This document shows positions 30,020-32,010 of a stretch of DNA of 32,010 bases, one piece after another. Below the pieces are notes generated by a model. The model made no database searches. It worked only from the letters and a program-made list of their open reading frames with translations, and was not told where the DNA came from. The first letter of the stretch is position 1. Every line of letters begins with the position of its first letter. This DNA comes from Clostridia bacterium. GTDB taxonomy: Bacteria > Bacillota > Clostridia > CAKSNL01 > HGM11501. The position numbers and the translations under genes are program-made. The stretch covers positions 1 to 32,010 of the forward strand of contig JAZSAR010000216.1 in assembly GCA_045601965.1 (NCBI GenBank), read 5' to 3'.

Positions 30020-32010
30020 TTATATAAGCTCTGCTGCGCGAAGCGCCGCCTCGGTATTTATTTCTTCTCCGAAAGCATAAATTCCGTTTCCTAAGCTCTT
30101 GACGTCATAGCCAAGTGTGTCAAAAAGGAAGGTTACGGGAACGTATGCGATTCCGTCAACATCAACTACGGGCTTTGAAAGTGTTATGTCAACGCCGTCC
30201 GCCACACCGGAAAGGGTGTTAAGTGTTGTGTAGAAAAGCCCTTCCTTTGAATCAATTTTAAAGAAGCTTCTGTAGCTCTCGTAAATTGTTCTTGTGGTGC
30301 CGTAGCCTATTGCATCCTTAAGCATTGTATAGGGAACATAAGCCGTTCCGTTAATTTCTCTTACTCCGTAAGCGTTGTTTGCTTCAAAGGCATCCATAAC
30401 GCCGCCACGGATAACCGCCTTGGCGGAGCCAACCTTTACAACGGTTGTGTTTTTAAGGAGCGCTCTGTCAGCATCCGTTACACATCTTTCGGGAATTTCG
30501 GTATATACATAATTAAATCTGCTTGCGGGAGCGCATATGCCTGTAACATAGAAATTCATAATGTCGGAATCGTCTGAATTGTCCGCCCACTTAAATTCGA
30601 TGTCGGCGATGTCACCCATTCCGATTAAGCTCTTCTGTAACTTTATCTGAAGCTGTTTTCCACTGAGCACCTGCTCTGCCTTTCCTATTGCGTTCCATGT
30701 GCCGTTAAAGTTATAAACATCGGTGTTTGCCACTTTTATGTCATAGCCTTCCCAGCCGGTTGCGTGATTTCTGTCCGCGTCAATGTAAAGTGCCATCCAG
30801 TTATTGCCCGAAGGTGCGGTAATATCCTTTTCGCAGGTAGCTGAAAACCAGATAAATTCATCGTTTCTTGCAACCTTGCTTGTTTTTATATTGTTTCTTG
30901 CAGTTTTATTTACATAGTGATTTTTTCCGTAGCCTGCCGCATCACGGTCATATGCTCCGCGTACATTGTAGAATGTGGGTGCCACATTATCCCAGGATGG
31001 GGGATTTGCCATATCAATGGTGGTTTTTTCGCTTGCAGTAGGTGCGGGACGAACGCCCTTCCACTTACGGATGGCGTCAACCATCAGCATAAAGCCGTTG
31101 TCACGGTTTCCGCCCTTTGCAAGGGCAAGGTCACGGGTGTTAACCTGGTCAAAATGGTCGATAAAGGAATTTTTGAATTTACCTGAGTAATTTTCCTGTC
31201 TTCCTACGGTCCATTCGTTCCAGCTTGAAATAAGCATAATTCTTGCATCGGTTTCAAGGGCGCCTGATACCTGTTCTTCAAAGAAGTAGTTATATTTATA
31301 AGCATCGGCGTCCCATATATGGCCGAAGGTTTCTGTGTAGTTTTTGCCTCTTGCGGTTTTATAACCCATGGGAACAAGCTGTTCCGTTTCGATGGACTTG
31401 TTGCATCCGCCTGCCACGGTTACGGTTTCGGCATTTCCAGAAGAGTCCACACCATAGGTCTTCATAGGATATTTTTCAATGATAGACCATTTGTCGGTTT
31501 TATCGGAAAGGGTATCGTTCCAGTCTCCCTCAATTCCGCGGAATGTGAAGAAATCAAGAATTTCTTCGGTTAATTTAACATCCTCGGGATCATTTTCGTT
31601 AAGATAACGCTCCATTGATTCCTGATGTACCATCAAAAGGGGCTTACCCTCGTGATAATACCACAAATCCTCGTAATAGCCGGGCTTGTAGAAGGTGCGG
31701 TACATATAGAAAAGCATAGTTTTTGCGTTTTCCGTGGGGTATGCCATATTACCTGCCAGAGTGAATTTGGGCACATCCACGCCGTCCGCCTTAGCATCAC
31801 GGAATGCCTGACAGAATGCTTCCATATTGCGACGGAAAACCGCAATTCCGTTGGTGTCGTCAAAGAATAAGAAGTCTACCCCTGCCTCACTTAAAAGCTC
31901 CGCATCCTTTCTGTATACCCAGTAGTCGTTGCCCGCATAAAATCCGTATAAGGGCTCGTCCCAGAAATACTCGGTCTTACCCTTGGGCCACGCGGGATGA
32001 AGATATCCGT
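30020..32010 (-). CDS. putative glycoside hydrolase, paralog of 17026..19767; the 5' end is off the right edge of the window
   Basis: The frame stays open beyond the ATG in the ORF track. My hand translation of 31826..32010 gives GYLHPAWPKGKTEYFWDEPLYGFYAGNDYWVYRKDAELLSEAGVDFLFFDDTNGIAVFRRN-M.., which is collinear with YYWSEPALGFYDSYDYWVYRKHAEMLSHAGVDVIFFDYTNN of the paralog. It also shares SSWNEWT, VDAIRKWKGVRPAP, TGWEGYD and the C-terminal Cu-amine-oxidase-N-like domain. The stop lies 13 nt before the next ATG. Confidence 0.88.
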   Translation of the reverse strand, partial: GYLHPAWPKGKTEYFWDEPLYGFYAGNDYWVYRKDAELLSEAGVDFLFFDDTNGIAVFRRNMEAFCQAFRDAKADGVDVPKFTLAGNMAYPTENAKTMLFYMYRTFYKPGYYEDLWYYHEGKPLLMVHQESMERYLNENDPEDVKLTEEILDFFTFRGIEGDWNDTLSDKTDKWSIIEKYPMKTYGVDSSGNAETVTVAGGCNKSIETEQLVPMGYKTARGKNYTETFGHIWDADAYKYNYFFEEQVSGALETDARIMLISSWNEWTVGRQENYSGKFKNSFIDHFDQVNTRDLALAKGGNRDNGFMLMVDAIRKWKGVRPAPTASEKTTIDMANPPSWDNVAPTFYNVRGAYDRDAAGYGKNHYVNKTARNNIKTSKVARNDEFIWFSATCEKDITAPSGNNWMALYIDADRNHATGWEGYDIKVANTDVYNFNGTWNAIGKAEQVLSGKQLQIKLQKSLIGMGDIADIEFKWADNSDDSDIMNFYVTGICAPASRFNYVYTEIPERCVTDADRALLKNTTVVKVGSAKAVIRGGVMDAFEANNAYGVREINGTAYVPYTMLKDAIGYGTTRTIYESYRSFFKIDSKEGLFYTTLNTLSGVADGVDITLSKPVVDVDGIAYVPVTFLFDTLGYDVKSLGNGIYAFGEEINTEAALRAAELI

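Noticed and set aside
14529-32010. The duplicated cassettes as a mobile element, genomic island or recent segmental duplication.
   Set aside because: The window contains no transposase, integrase, tRNA target or terminal repeats. The paralogs are substantially diverged at the protein level, so the duplication is old.
1-32010. A scan for CRISPR arrays, rRNA or tRNA genes, toxin-antitoxin pairs and known defence-system genes.
   Set aside because: There are no short regularly spaced repeats and no RNA-gene-like conserved segments. Every sizeable ORF is accounted for by the metabolic, topoisomerase or surface-protein calls above.

Overview
This is a densely coding chromosomal segment from a Gram-positive, Clostridia-like organism. 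That placement rests on AGGAGG-type RBSs, TTGACA/TATAAT-type promoters, rho-independent terminators, and SLH and Cu-amine-oxidase-N-like wall-associated domains. All domain calls are by-eye motif recognition, not HMM searches. Ordinary genes are present: ddh, a Dabb-family protein, a GH3 lipoprotein, a ParC/GyrA-like topoisomerase A subunit and metF-metH. They are interleaved with an unusually dense set of secreted multi-discoidin (F5/8 type C, CBM32-like) proteins, about 22 modules in total. (i) A giant ~10.4 kb minus-strand gene (2596..12993) encodes an SLH-anchored protein with about 12 discoidin modules. It is interrupted by a single in-frame TGA (12340..12342) at a position where a paralog carries Trp, which cuts the signal peptide off from the rest of the protein. 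(ii) Two paralogous two-gene cassettes lie at 17026..19767 + 14529..17012 and at 30020..>32010 + 27274..30006. Each pairs a CBM6/35-like plus family-unassigned GH99/WbsX-like putative glycosidase with a 4x-discoidin protein that starts 13 nt downstream. All four proteins end in Cu-amine-oxidase-N-like domains. (iii) A 2x-discoidin protein lies at 25546..27093. I recognised no rRNA, tRNA, CRISPR array, transposase, integrase or riboswitch. The most novel-looking content is the duplicated glycosidase-like/multi-lectin cassette together with the interrupted giant lectin-array gene. Their functions are inferred, not demonstrated.
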